From Octopus sinensis (Eukaryota), in NCBI RefSeq assembly GCF_006345805.1, contig NC_043007.1, positions 31,248,001 through 31,312,000 of the forward strand: a stretch of DNA of 64,000 nucleotides. Reading direction: 5' to 3'. Position numbers and translations under genes: made by a program. The notes under the pieces are model-generated. The model saw nothing but the letters and a program-made list of their open reading frames with translations, searched no databases and was not told the origin of the DNA. Below, in pieces: positions 12,124 to 26,130 of this stretch. Position 1 is the first letter of the stretch, and every line of letters starts with the position of its first letter.

Positions 12124-14494
12124 ACATATATAAATACATACATATATTTTTTTGTTGTTGTAAGAATCTTCTGTATGACAATAAATTTATTTTTGTAGTT
12201 TGGATTATAAAATTTTTTTTGCAGGGTAGTTTGTATTAATGGCAATCCTAATTTAAACCTCCACCACCCCAAATTCCCAAAAGCACACGACAGGTAATCT
12301 TGTTGGCCAAAGTGTTTGGTACGTATATATGTGAATGTGTTTGCTCATGTTCCTTTTTGCCATCTGTACAAAAAAGCCTGTGTATTGTACAGTTTATTGT
12401 AATTTAATGACATCAGAATCAATCCAGCTTAGGTGGACATAGCCTGTTGGTAGCACTTTGACATTTCATAAACATGTTTTTACCAACAGAAACATCCCTG
12501 CATAACTCTGCAGGGTTAGTACTAAAATATTGAATATATTATGCTAATTAGCCTCTGGCTGCAAGGTAACCACTCAGTATATCTGATGCTTTGGTGTTTG
12601 AAGCTGACTGAAATGATTAAAGTGTTTCTGCCATTGTTTTCCTTTTTTTGATTTTTTTATCTCTGTTATCGCAAGAGATAACAATTTGACTGTATTAAAA
12701 GCATTCACAGAATTACATTATGTCAGAATATCAAAACTCTTGGAGAATGATTTAAAAGGTGTTTATTTGATATAATAAGTTTTTTTTATTGGATTAATTT
12801 TTTTTTTATGATTCTCTATTGAGAGAGAGAAAAAAGCTGTGTGTTGGCTGAATCATGAACTCATCAGATAAAATGCTTAGCAGCGTTTCTTCTGGGGTTT
12901 TTTATGTTCTGAGTTCAAATCCTGCTTAAGTCAGCTTTGCTTTTTGTTCCTTCCGTTGATGGAAAAAGGGACGAGTCAAGTCCTGGGGTCAATGTGATTG
13001 ACTTGCCCTGTCTCCTTAAAAATTGTTGGCCTTGAACTCTGCAATGGACTAGCATCCCATTTAAGGGTGATGTGGTGATTGATCTTGGTCTTGGAAATTG
13101 GGTAACTGGGCTTATGGGCCCTGAGGCTTAAGGACTACAAAAAGAAATGAGAAAGAAATTTTTCCTATGAACTTTGTGAGACCACTGGGGCCGCTTGAAG
13201 GGACACGTCAAGCTACGTAAAAGTGTGGTTGTTCTTGCGTACAGGCTCGTCCCCTGCAACACTCTCAACCCTGCTGAGCATCCCTAATTGTGCCAGTGCT
13301 GCGTAAAAGCACCCAATAGACTCTGTAAAGTGGTTGGGGTTTGGAAGGGCATCCAGCCATAGAGACCATGCCAGAACAGACATGGAACTTGAACAGCCCT
13401 TTAGCTGGTCAGCTCCTGTCAAATCGCCCAACCCATGCCAGCATGGACCACAGATGTTGATGATGATGATGATTATGAAGACGATAGTCAATATGGACAA
13501 CAAGGTATTTCAAGAGTTTGACATTACGAGAAAGGATTGGGTTTAGTTGTTAGTGTGGAACCTGGGAGGGGGAAACACAACATGGGGTTAAGGAGAGGAG
13601 AAAAGATGGATGTGTGTGAGGTGGGCCTGGATGGAGTCAGTATGCAACTAATTAATTGTTACTAGGAGCAGAGCCTGTTGGATGGTTTTATTTTGGGTGT
13701 GATCCGAGATGTTTATTTATGTAGCAACTGCAGCAACACCATTGCAGGGGTGGCAGAACTCATCCATAGATCGTTTCATCTGTACTTAGTTGAAAAGGCA
13801 TCAGTTTGGAATTGAAGAATTTTCTGCCTTGCGAGATGAGAAATTGATGAACTCCAATGGTGGGCAGCTCAGCTAGGAAACTCTTATGCCCAACACTGAT
13901 GCTTTGCTAATATCAAACGGACTTGTAAGGCAGTGAGCTGGCAGAATTCGTTAGCATGTTGGATAAAATGCTTAGCAGTCTTTTGTCCATCTTTACGGTC
14001 TGAGTTCAAATTCCACCAAGGTCTACTTTGCCTTTCATCCTTTCAGGGTCGATAAAATAAGTACCAGTTAAACCCTGGGGTCGATAAATTGACTTAGGCC
14101 TCCCTCACCTCCAAAATTGCTGGCCTTGTGCCAAAATTTGAAATCAATACCAAATGTACTCCAATAATAAAATACTGGCTGAGTGCCGAGTTCACCTGAT
14201 CGACCGTATTTGTTTGAAGCCGAGGGCTTATTTTATAAAAAAAACAGTGTATGTATGTGTGTGTGTGAGATCATAAAGCATGGCTCATCAATAATCAACA
14301 GAAAGGTGGAGTACAAGTGACATTGTGCATCATGGGACCTGCTACCATCACAGAATCCCCAAAAAACGATCCCTAAGTCTCCAAATTGTTGGATTTTGGT
14401 CTGAAATCATGTTTATAGAAGTAGCCACAGGAGCTACATACATGCACATCCATCCATCCATATATATATACACACACACACACACATACATTTA

Positions 14495-14562
<68 letters not shown>

Positions 14563-14974
14563 GAATGATGAAACTGAGTGCTCAACATTGCATTGGTGGA
14601 TATGATTTTATAATTTCTTTATTTGTGAATTAAGGCTACCATTGGTTTCATGTTAAGAAAATTAGGAAAATATCTGAGTGTCTTAATTCTTCAAGCCGAT
14701 CACATGGAGAAAGGTGTTCACCTCCTTTTTGAGAAACACAGCCTCCTACACACACACACATGTTTGTATACATACACACACACACACACTCACACATGTT
14801 TGGAGAGAGAAGGTGAGATGTGAGAAATATTTCTTTCTGTGCAGTTGACCTTAATTCATATTCATTAGTCATCAATCCTACATGTCCTGGCTTGTCTCCA
14901 CTTCAGAATCATTAATTCATTTCATTGTGGTCTAATTACTTCTTTTTTTGCTTTGTTTTCTCCGTGTGTTGCAG

Positions 14975-15124
14975 GTGTATCTTCATCTATTAAAAATGTA
15001 CCTTCAGCCACCCAATCCTGCTAATTTAGGCATCATGGTTAAAGACATATCTGAAGTAAAGGTGCAAATTGAACCAGCATTGTATATATTAGACAACCAT
15101 GCGGTGAAAATTGATGCCAGCAAG
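14975..15124 (+). CDS. VPS39: VPS39/Vam6 internal exon (50 codons, VYLHLLKMYLQPPNPANLG...DNHAVKIDASK)
   Basis: Polypyrimidine tract + ttgcag| acceptor, AAG|gtaagt donor, 150 nt phase 0/0. The peptide matches my recollection of vertebrate VPS39 (VYLSLLRMYLSPP...LELHHSKLDTTK). Confidence 0.9.
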
Positions 15125-15671
15125 GTAAGTCGTTTTATTCACACCAGTCACAGACATACATCAGACACACACTTACATAAGTATACACATGCATATAAAT
15201 ATCTATATGCAACAGGCTTCATTCAGTTCCTGTCTACCAAATCCACTTAAAAGGCTTTGGTCAACCTGGGGCTATAATAGGAGACACTTGCCCAAGATGC
15301 CACACAATAGGACGGAACCCTAAACCATGATGTTGGGAAGCAATCTTCTTACCACACAGCCTTTCCTCTACAAAGTTCAAGAAGAATTACTGAGGCAGTT
15401 TTTCTGTAGCTGGATGCCCTTTCTGTTGCCAATCCTCTCCTGATTCTGAGCAAGGTAATCTTTTTCCATGGCTGGACATGAACAACACTGCTTTTATGAC
15501 AGTGACACTCATTTACGACTATCATGAGATGTCTGTACTAGGAGGCACAAAACACACACACACACACACATTGGTAGATTTTTTTTTGTTATACAAAAGC
15601 TTTGCTCGGCCTGGAGCTTTCTCATAAAACACTTGTCCAAAGTGTTATGATGCTGTAGGACTGAACTTTAA

Positions 15672-16305
15672 CCCATTATCATTTAAACTGACCATATCTG
15701 GCCAAAATATTCTTCTACCTGTTTTATGTTCAAACTGGACAGATCCTGCTTCTCACACCTACCCTACAATATCAGTATAAAAATTAATACTCCTATCATT
15801 GAAATCTCAAAGCTATAATAAACGGTATGATTTATTCAAAACATCATCATCATCATTTAACATCCGCTTTCCATGGGTTGGACGATTTGACTGAGGTTTG
15901 GCAAACCAGATGGCTGCACCAGGCTCCAATCTGATCTGGCAGAATTTCTACAGCTGGATGCCCTTCCTAATGCCAACCACTCCGAGAGTGTAGTGGGTGC
16001 TTTTAAAGTGCCACTGGCACGAGGGCCAGTCAGGCGGTACTGGCAACAGCCACACTCAAATGGTGCTTTTTACGTGCCACCTGCACCGGAGCCCATCCAG
16101 CGGCACTGGCAATGACCTCACTCAAATTTTATTTTTCACATGCCACCAGCACAAGTGCCAGTAAGGCGATGCAGGTAACAATCATGCTTGAATGATGCTT
16201 TTTACGTGAAGCCAATTTGTCGCTCTGGCAACGATCACGCTCGGATGGTGCTCTTAGGGCTCCACTAAGCAATACATTTGACAAAGTAATCTGAGAGCTA
16301 AAGGG
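15672..16305. mobile_element. piggyBac-like MITE interrupted by a family C retroposon
   Basis: TTAA-ccc at the left end, ctaaaggg-TTAA at the right end. Confidence 0.7.
15843..16270 (-). mobile_element. Retroposon family C nested in a piggyBac-like MITE
   Basis: (CAT)n followed by the family C body. Confidence 0.75.
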
Positions 16306-16709
16306 TTAAACACATGGTTGGGAAATGAAATTCTAAACCACACATCCACACCTGTACTTATATATTCATAACCCACATTGTACAGCACTTTAATAATTAA
16401 TGGATGTAATGAGGATTGAATTCAAGATGTTTTCATTAGTAGTACGCCACTTCAACCCAGAAGCAATTTAAGATGTCTTAAGTTTCAAGGCTGCCTAAAG
16501 ATAAGAGTGTTGCTGATTACAAAATATTTCAAGAGGTTCCAGTTATGATGCCAAAACATTGAAGCAGGAGAAAATGAAGTGAAATCTGCCGTGTGAAGTG
16601 TAATTACTATTTAAATGATTATTAGGTACAGGTGTGGCTGTCTGGTAAGCAGTTTGCTTCCCAACCACACGGTTTTGAGTTCAGTCCCACTTGCCCGAAA
16701 ATCAGATAT

Positions 16710-17185
16710 ACTGTTTTACTTGCTTCACTCATTTGACTGCAGCCATGCTGGAGCACCGCCTTTAGCTGAACAAATTGATCCCAGGACTTATTCTTTGTAA
16801 GCCTGGTACTTATTCTATCGGCCTCTTTTGCCGAACCACTACATTAAGGGGATGCAAACACACCAACATCGGTTGTCAAGTGATGGTGGAGGGACAAGCA
16901 TGGACACATACAAACATATACATACACACACACACAAAAATGTTATATGTGGAGCTATATCTGTAGTAAATAGGAATAAGTGGTCTTTGGTTGCTATTTC
17001 TAAATTTTCGGTATGTGGTTAAGCAACTTGTTCTTTCAGTTTCTGTCTACCAAATCCACTCACAAGGTTTTGGTCTGCCCGAGGCAATAGTAGGGGACAG
17101 TTGCCCAAGGTGCTATGCAGTGGGACTGATCCTGGAACCATGTGGTTGGGAAGCAAGCTTCTTACCACACAGCCACGCCTTCACC
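16710..17185 (-). mobile_element. SINE family A (older), with an opposing head fragment at 16626-16692
   Basis: Similarity to other A copies. Confidence 0.75.
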
Positions 17186-18480
17186 TATATATATGTATGA
17201 TTCTCTTTCAGGGTTTTTTAAACAAACCCCAATAAGCCATAAGGATAGCAAAACTATTTGCTTTGATTGATTTCTGAAGCTGCTGAATGAAAATGGGGTT
17301 AGACCATGGGACCTAATCCCACAGTGAAGCCAAACAAGTCTAGAATATGGCTCTGTCATCATTCTTTTAGCGTTCCCCTTTCTATGTTTGCAAGGGACAA
17401 ATGGAATTCATTGAGACAGGTTTTTCTATAGTTGGATACTCTTTCTTGCCCAAGGTTCCACTGCATGGCATTTTGAGCAAGTGTCTTTTTCTATAGTCCT
17501 AGGCAGACCAAAACCTTTCAAGTAGATATGGAAACTGCATCGAAGCCCATTGTATGTATGTGTGTTATTGCCTAAACCTCATGTGATGGTTGTAAATGAG
17601 CATCACCATCCTACAAGCGAGGGTGTCTGTTTCAAGTCCAGCCTACGAATAATATTACCTTGCTTCATAAAAAGAAGGGCCTTTGGTCACAGAGAAATCT
17701 GTCTCAACAAATTCTATCTGATCCCTGAGAGTATGGAAAAGTGGGTGTCGAATGATGATGATGATGTTGTGGCTTTCATCAATTTGTTTATTAAGTGTAC
17801 TGTCTTCCGTACATATTCCAGAAATCTCCAAATTCTCTGTTGCTATTTCAGACCTGAGTCACAGAATGGATGCCTGATATTAGAGATTTGCCATGTATTT
17901 TATCATAAAACATACAAATATTTCTAGACTAGTCTGCCATTTGGATTGCTTTCTCGATGGCCCTATTGTTCGGTTTGTGTGTCTCTTGGACAGATTTCAA
18001 ACTTTTACTATGTGGGAGGCATTCTCTACTCATAAATTCCATTTTATACGAGACTCTCCAGACTTGACATTCAGCTGATTGCATCTTTTCACCACGAAGC
18101 AGAATGTCAAGGTTTACTTCCAAAGTGGAACTGTCACAGACATTACCGATGGGTTGGAACAATCCTTAGCAGACAGTTCACAACAGGTTGTGACGTAGTC
18201 TCTTGTTCTTCTGCTGGCTTTTCAGTGGTTAGCTCTCGACCATGCTGGAGCACCATGCTCAAAGTGGTTTTTCTTTTGTTTTGTTTTGTTTCAATTATGT
18301 CGACTCCAGTGTTTCATTTGTTATTTATTTTATTAATCTCTGTTGAGGATGAAAAACAAAGTTAATTGGGCGTAGGGGGATGTAACAGGCTTGGATTCAA
18401 ATACTACAAGGTATTTGTTTGGTCCACTAACTTTTACTATCCTTTATTGATATATTATATATATATACATATATATATAT

Positions 18481-18801
18481 AGCAATAAGAAAATGGAGGG
18501 GATCAATAGTTGGTTCATCAGCTTTTAGGCATTATATTATGTCAATTTATTTATTTACTAAAATGAGAATTACAAGAATATACATACACGTATAACATAT
18601 GCTTTACATATAAAACATTTTAATAATAATTACTGGTATCTTTATATATTAATATATTTTATATGTAAAGTATAATATGTTATACATGTATGTATATTCT
18701 TGTAATTGTCAGTTTAGTAAATAAATAAATAAAAAATTGACATAATGTAATGTCTAAAAGTAGATGAACCAACTATTGTTCCCTTCCATTTTCTTATTGC
18801 T
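18481..18801. repeat. Inverted repeat, arms about 135-145 bp, 41-bp spacer
   Basis: 18481-18615 vs 18657-18801; TA run on the left. Confidence 0.9.
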
Positions 18802-19174
18802 CTATAAATTAATGGTAAAATATCTCTTTATCTTCACCCATTTTGTACACTCGGTAATGTAATTGCAATGCTATGAAAAACACTCGTCAGTTTATTTTTA
18901 AACAATGATGATGATGATGATGATACACACACACATGTGTATTTCCAATAACATGGATTCATTCTATGGAGGTGGCCATCTCGTGTTAGTGTGCATTCTG
19001 TCACAGGTGGAGATTGCAGGAAATGATGATGATGGTAATGGCAGTGGTGGTGGTGGTGGTGGTGATGATCTCAAAACTGGAAAAACACATTGGCTTTTGA
19101 AATCCTAGATTCATTGCCTGAAAATAAGGTGGGATCACATGGGTGCTAAACAACAACAACAGTTAGGTGTTTAA

Positions 19175-19394
19175 CCCTTTTGTTACCAACCCAGCTGAAA
19201 CTGCCTCTAGTTCTGCAGTACAAACGTCTTGTTTTCGTAAGTTCTGAATTAAAATCTTCCACCAAACCTTAGTCACAATTTATGTCCCTAACTCTAGCTT
19301 AATGATAACTAAGTTATTTTACTAAATTCTTTGTTATATTTAAAATTAATTGAAAGAAACAGAGCATCTCAACAGAAATACAGTAACGAAAGGG
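19175..19394. mobile_element. piggyBac-like MITE
   Basis: TTAA at 19171-19174 and 19395-19398; TIR cccttttgttac/gtaacgaaaggg. Confidence 0.85.
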
Positions 19395-19847
19395 TTAAAT
19401 TTCCTTTTACCTAAATCTGCCCAGGAAGGCAGTGGAGGTGGCTCGTGATATTTGCTTCATTATTGAGTGAAGGGATAATTAACAATGCCACACAGCTGCT
19501 TCCTCCACCTTTGTTGTTATTCATTATATATTCTGAGAATGCAGACTTTGCCTTTCAAATTGCACACAAGAGGTTGTACTGTTATCATTGCTTCTGAACA
19601 CTTGCTCACTGTTTCCATGTGAACTGAACAGCTACGACCCAACCAAAAGTGCTTTTATTTTTCATGAAGAGATCTGATTTCACAAAGTCACTGTCAGTAT
19701 GTGATGAATATAGTGTTAAATATAGTGGGTCAAATAACGGGCAACGACATCTTACATTCATTAAACAAGAGTTTTCAGCAAGTATATATATATATAGATA
19801 GATATAGATCGCTAGCCACTACACATTTTTTATTTTCTCTCCTTGTT

Positions 19848-19885
19848 TCTTTCTGTGGAAGAGCATAGGCTCAAAACGTTAAAGA
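19848..19885 (+). ncRNA. Decayed minimal hammerhead-like motif
   Basis: tcttt-CTGTGGA-a-gagc(atag)gctc-AAAAC-GTT-aaaga; two core substitutions. Confidence 0.4.
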
Positions 19886-19981
19886 CTTGTTCACTTCCCG
19901 AGTGTTAACCTAATACATCTGTCTGTTGTCTACACCACCTGTCTTCATCTTTTGTTTTTTCATGAATTCTCCCTATATATA

Positions 19982-20027
<46 letters not shown>

Positions 20028-20029
<2 letters not shown>

Positions 20030-20420
20030 TAGCAGTATCGCCTGGCGTTGCTTGGGTTTGTTTCGACCCTTTAGAACTGGAATTTTTGCAAAGTAAAAAT
20101 TTTGCATTATGTAGCTTGTTATTCTCTTTAAGTGAATATTTTTCTGGTTGAAATACACCGAAAAATGGCGACACAGCAGTCAAAAAATTGTAAAAAGTAG
20201 GGATTTTCATAGAAAAAATGCACTTTTTTGAAGTAAATATTTTTTGGTGTTAACATGGTCCGATTTGAATTTTTTCTTCTATGGAATGAAGAGCAAGCCT
20301 TCTTCTATCATACTCTCAATTTTGGTCAACTTGCACCGCAGGGTCTCAGAGGAGATAGAGTTAGTTGAAGGCTACCAAACCTGCCATACACAGACAACTT
20401 CAGCTTTATATATATATATA
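20028..20420 (+). mobile_element. Non-autonomous Helitron-like element
   Basis: actag start followed by a small cctggcgttgcttggg hairpin; ends acttcagcttta(ta)n. Confidence 0.55.
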
Positions 20421-21299
20421 TATAAAGTGCAGGCATGCAGTCCATGGAAGCAAGGAAAGCAATGCTTCCTTTAAAACAAAATTGAAACTATATTACTTAT
20501 TTTTCATAAGATTGTTCTTCTAATGTTCTGTAAAATTAATATAAACTACATGACATGATAGGCTTCAGACTTTTATTGCTGGAATTAAGCACAAGACGAC
20601 AAGCAGTGGCAGCCGACACCAAAAATCTGGGCAAGGGAAGCAACATGAGCTGTTGCATCCCTTTTCAGTGTAATATATTTTTTTCCCCGATAAAAATGCC
20701 ACAAAGACAGTTTTTTTTTCTAGTAAGAGCTGATAACGAATAGTTTTAAATGCTAATAAATACTTATATGCTTAGATTAAGTTACTCTCAATTTGCAATA
20801 CCTATGATACATGTATAATCTTACGTTTTTATGTAATACTTACATAGGAAAAGGGAAGCAAGTTGACATTCTGCTTCCATAAGAAAAATGGTGGAAAGAT
20901 AACACACGTAGTTTTCTGCAATTATTCAATTAATATTTTATACTTTTTCAAATTATAGAAAACTCTTAAAATGTGATTTTTTATTTTTATTTTAAAAATA
21001 GCTGTATAATATGAACATGTCAGTTTGATTCAAATATCTATGTGACAGAAAAATTTGGTCATTGCTTCTCCAGCCAGAAAGATCACTGCACACCCCTGAT
21101 ATATCATCATCATCATCGTTTAACGTCCGTTTTCCGCGCTAGCATGGGTTGGACGGTTCGACCGGGGTCTGGGAAGCCAGGGGCTGCACCAGGCTCCAGT
21201 CTGATCTGGCAGAGTTTCTACAGCTGGATGCCCTTCCTAACGCCAACCACTCCGGGAGTGCAGTGGGTGCTTTTTATGTGCCACCTGCACAGGATATAT

Positions 21300-21348
<49 letters not shown>

Positions 21349-21628
21349 GATATAGATACACACACATATAAAGGAGGAATTTCAACTGTGTTTCGTGGTC
21401 TGCTACCACAACAGCTCCTTTATAGGATCCAGTTAGCTCAAGACATCATCAGGAGGAACCACGTCCGGTTTCGGCCCCTACTCCTGTACCATTCTGACGT
21501 GGCAGGGCCCCCCTTTCGACTCTGGTGTTGGGTGCATGTCTTCTTCTTTCTTCTGTTCCCTGGCCTCTTCGATGTAGCCTCAACGAGTGTCAGCAGGCGA
21601 CTGACTGTCTCGTCAAATTTCCCTTTAA

Positions 21629-21849
21629 CCCTTTAGTGTTCACATTATTCTGCCAAAATTAATTCTTTTTTATCCAAATTGTTTTGAACTAATCATGCAT
21701 TATCTTGGAGCTATGAGATTTTGATGAAGTAGCTGTTAATTTTTAAAACAATATTGTAGGGTTGGTGTGAGAGACCAGATCTGGTCAGTTTGAACATAAA
21801 ACAGGCTAAATATTTGGGGCCGGATATGGCCGGTTTAAATGCTAAAGGG
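21629..21849. mobile_element. piggyBac-like MITE (second family)
   Basis: TTAA TSD both sides; TIR ccctttag/ctaaaggg. Confidence 0.85.
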
Positions 21850-21868
21850 TTAAATACCTGCATACACA

Positions 21869-22090
21869 TGAAGGTAGGGGTGAAAAGTTCCAGGCTTTAA
21901 GGGTGTCACGAAAGGTCTGGGTGGAGGCCCAACCTTCTGAGGTCTTTAATTAGGACTTTGAAAAACTGAAGGACCGTTGTTGCAATAAGTGTGTTGATAT
22001 GAGAGAGGAAGAGGCTGAATAAAATCATAATTAATTGATCCTCCTGTGTTTTCTTTTACCCAAAGCCAGGGACTTTTCAGCACCCCCTCA
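21869..22090. mobile_element. mariner-like MITE
   Basis: TIR ...gaaaagttccaggct/agccagggacttttcagcaccccctca followed by TA. Confidence 0.7.
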
Positions 22091-23089
22091 TATGCCTATG
22101 TGCATGTGTGTGTGTGTGTGTTATATATGTAGGTCTTTTCTCTAAATGAAGCTGGTATTTTGGCTTAACGAGGTGCCACTGCAACTGTGATTAATTAGTT
22201 ATAAAGGATCATTGGTGTGTACATGTATGTATATATGTGCATATATGTCTTGTATATTTGTATATGTGTATATATATATATATGTGCATATATGTCTTGT
22301 TTATTGGTATATGTGTATATATATATATGTGCATATATGTCTTGTATATTTGTATATGTGTATATGTGTATAAGATATTTATATGTATGTATAAGATATA
22401 TATATATGTATGTATATGCAAGTATCTATGTGTATATATATATATATATAAATGTATGTGTATGTATGTACATATATATGTGTGTGCACACACGCATGTA
22501 TATATATCTATGGTGGTGGTGGTGGTAGTGGGGAGTGAATCCGTGTCAGAATGATAAAGTAACTAATATTAGGAGGAGATAACCTTATTTTCTCTTGAGA
22601 TTAGCAGATCTCTCTCTTTAAATGCTTTTGTAGAGGTAAAAACAATGACCTTAAATCAACAGACATACGTGTGTGTGTGTACTTACATTCACGCATGCAC
22701 AAACACACGCAAACGCAAACACGCATATCAACACATGTTCCAGGGTTGGTGTGTGTGCATGAGTATGTATATATGTGTGTATATATACACACACACACAC
22801 ACATAAATATATATGCATACAATAATGACACATGCACAAACATATCTATCTATATATATATATGCATATACATATAGGTATGGATGTTGTGTGTTATTAT
22901 TGTGTGTGTGTGTATGTATATATGTATGTATGTATGTGTGTGTGTGTGTGTGTATACATATACACATACACAAACACACACACACACCGCTCTCTGAAAT
23001 CTGACTCTGTTAGTAGTTAGTTGTATTTTGCAAGGGAGATATATAACAATTTGTTATCTTGGAGTGGGGGTGGGGGGAGAATATGAGAA

Positions 23090-24824
23090 AAATGTTTCCC
23101 CTGATATTCTGAAGTTTCTGTGCCATATTTATCTAGAAAGTTCTTTTAGAAAATAAAAATATAGAAGGAACAAATGATTTATGTATCTTCTTAAATATTC
23201 TTCATTTTTCAGAATTATTCTTTGTTGTTGTTGCAGAGAGCTGAGTTCCTTTTTACCATTCTTGGTGTCTTAGAACAAGGTTTCGGCATCTAAAATCCAC
23301 AACCCATGTTTTCAGTCAGTGCAGTCATCCCATCTATATTGTCAATACTTTGAGATACTCAGCCTTCCTGTTTTGTTTTTGCCTCCATTCTTGTTAGTAA
23401 ATACAATCACTGCCACATTAAAATATATATTTTGTACTTCTCAGACATCCCAACCCACCATTTCCTCCAATCTAAAAATTTGGAATTCAGTGCTCAATAC
23501 TTATACTGTAGAGCCTTGCAGTACGAGTGCCTCATTGTACGAGTAATTTGCTGTACGAGATGAGACTCATGCAGAAATCTGCAGTATGAGCACACAAATT
23601 GTCCCATCATCATCATCATCATCATTTAACGTTCGTTTTCCGTGGGTTGGTCGGTTCGACTGGGGTTTGGGAAGCCAGGAGGCTGCACCAGGCTCCAGTC
23701 TGATCTAGCAGTGTTTCTACAGCTGGATGCCCTTCTGAACGCCAACCACTCCGAGAGTGCAGTGGGTGCTTTTTATGTGCCACTGGAGGCTAGCAAATGG
23801 CCATGATCAGTTGGTGCTTTTTATGTGTCACCAACACAGACACCAGTCAGGTGGTGCTGGCATCAGCCACATTCAGATGGTGCTTTTTACATGCCACCTG
23901 CACAGGTATCACAACTACAATTTCCATTTGATTTTTATTTTGATGTTGATGTATTTGACTCAATAGGTCTCCTCAAGCATAGCAGGTCACCCTACGATCC
24001 AAGGTAAGCACAGCAGCCCGTCCTGCAACCCATGAACTCACTTCATTAGGTCACACAAAAATATAAATAAATATATAAATAATAGTGTTTAGTATTATGC
24101 AAGTAAAATATTAAGTTGCGGGGACCCACTGTAGTATGTCAAGGGTCCTTGAAAAAATTTTGCTTTAGGAGTATTTATTGCAGGGAACTGTTGGGTTTCT
24201 TTCTCTAACATTTTGCATCGTTCAGCCTACTCAAAGGAATGTGGGATGAACAAAATAACAAATTTGAAAGAAGTTTCTATAAAACTAGTTTTTAAACACT
24301 GAATGGTTATGGGGGTATATCAAGATAAAATAGTAATCAAAGGAGTCCCTAGGTAAAAAAAAAGGGGGTTGAGGACCACCAGCTTAGTTGAATGAATCAA
24401 CCTCAGTAGTAATTTTTAAAAAATAGTCTTGTACTTATTATATCAGTCTCTTTTGCCAAACTGTTAAGTTATAGGGACGTAAACAATCCTACTATAATGA
24501 TTTGACAATCAGTTTCATATTTTTAGAATAAAGAAAACAATGGTGAGCTGTGCTGTTCATTCATTTCTAAATTATTGACAATATAGATGGGATGACTGCT
24601 CTGAGTGAAAACATGGGTTGCGGATTTTAGATGCCAAAACCGTGTTCTAAGACACCAAGAATGGTAAAAAGGAACTCAGCTACGTGCAACAACAAAGAAT
24701 AATTCTGAAAAATGGAACAGTATTTAAGATACATAAATCATTTGTGCCTTCATATATTTTTATTTTCTAAAAGAATCTTCTAGATAAACATGGCACAGAA
24801 ACTTCAGAATATCAGGGGAAACAT
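23090..24824. repeat. Pair of about 255-bp inverted copies 1.2 kb apart
   Basis: 23090-23347 vs 24573-24824, roughly 90% identical by eye. Confidence 0.85.
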
Positions 24825-25834
24825 GTTGGTTTTCCGAGTGGTGGCGGCGACAAACACAGACACAACAACGCACACATAAACACATAAAACCACACACACA
24901 TATATATGGAAACAAGTAAGTGTTGTTGACAGGAAAGGCATCCCATCATAGAAAATCTGCCTCAATAAACTTTGACCCATGCAAGCATGGAAAAGTGGAC
25001 ATTAAAATGATGATGGTGACGGTGGTGATGGTGATGATGATAATGAATAACTCTACATTTTGGTTAAAGTATTGTAAATGTGAGTTTGGTACCGTGGGCT
25101 GTTTGGTCATTCTTAAAGTTAGTCCGTATGAAATAAATATTTTAGAGAGTGTGTCTGTGATAATCTCAACACGAACTTACTGCTGAATAATTCTTTGTTG
25201 GGGGACCTAATTTATGGAATTTATTAACGAGATGAGAAAACCATTAACATAATGACTTCCTGTTTATCTTCCCCAACTCTTAATGTCTTAAGCGTTTATA
25301 CATATTCAATAAATTATCGTTACTGTTGTCTGCTGTATCACAACACCCCTTCAACTTATGAATTTATTGCCTTCTGTCAGTATGAGATATTTTTTGGTGG
25401 CAAGCTGGGAGAATCGTTAGTGCTTTGGTCAAAATGCTTTCTGGCATTTCTTCTGAGCTCAAATACTGCCAAGGTCAACTTTGCCATTCATCCCTTTTGG
25501 GGGTTGATAAAATTAACTACTGACTGAGGTTGATGTAATTGGTTAACCTCTGACCTTAATACTGCTGGCCCTGTACCAAAATTAGAAAATTATTAGGCGC
25601 TGAGCTGGCAGAATCGTTAGCACATTGGACAAACTGCTTAGTGGCATTTCGTCTTGTCTTTATGTTCTGAGTTCAAATTCTACCAAGGCTGAATTTACCT
25701 TTCATCATTTTAGGGTTGACAAAATAAGCACCAGTTGAACACTGGGGTTGATTATGTTGATTAGCCCCTTCCCCTCAAATTTTAGGCCTTGCCCTTATGG
25801 TAGAAAGGATTATTATTATTATTAAAATAAAAAT

Positions 25835-26130
25835 CAAATGGAAATTGTAGTTAAGAAACCTGTGCCTGTGACACGTTAAAAGCACCGTCCGAACGTGGTC
25901 AATGCCAGCGCTGCCTGACTGACGTCCGTGTCGGTGACACGTAAAAGCACCGACCGATCGTGGCCGTTTGCCAGCCTCCTCTGGCCCCTGTGCTGGTGGC
26001 ACCTTAAAAAACACCCACTACACTCACGGAGTTGTTGGCGTTAGGAAGGGCATCCAGGTGTAGAAACTCTGCCAGATCAGACTGGAGCCTGGTGCAGACT
26101 CATGGCTTCCCAGATCCCCGGTCGAACCAT
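25835..26130 (+). mobile_element. Retroposon family C
   Basis: Same 3' end and GAT-like tail. Confidence 0.7.
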
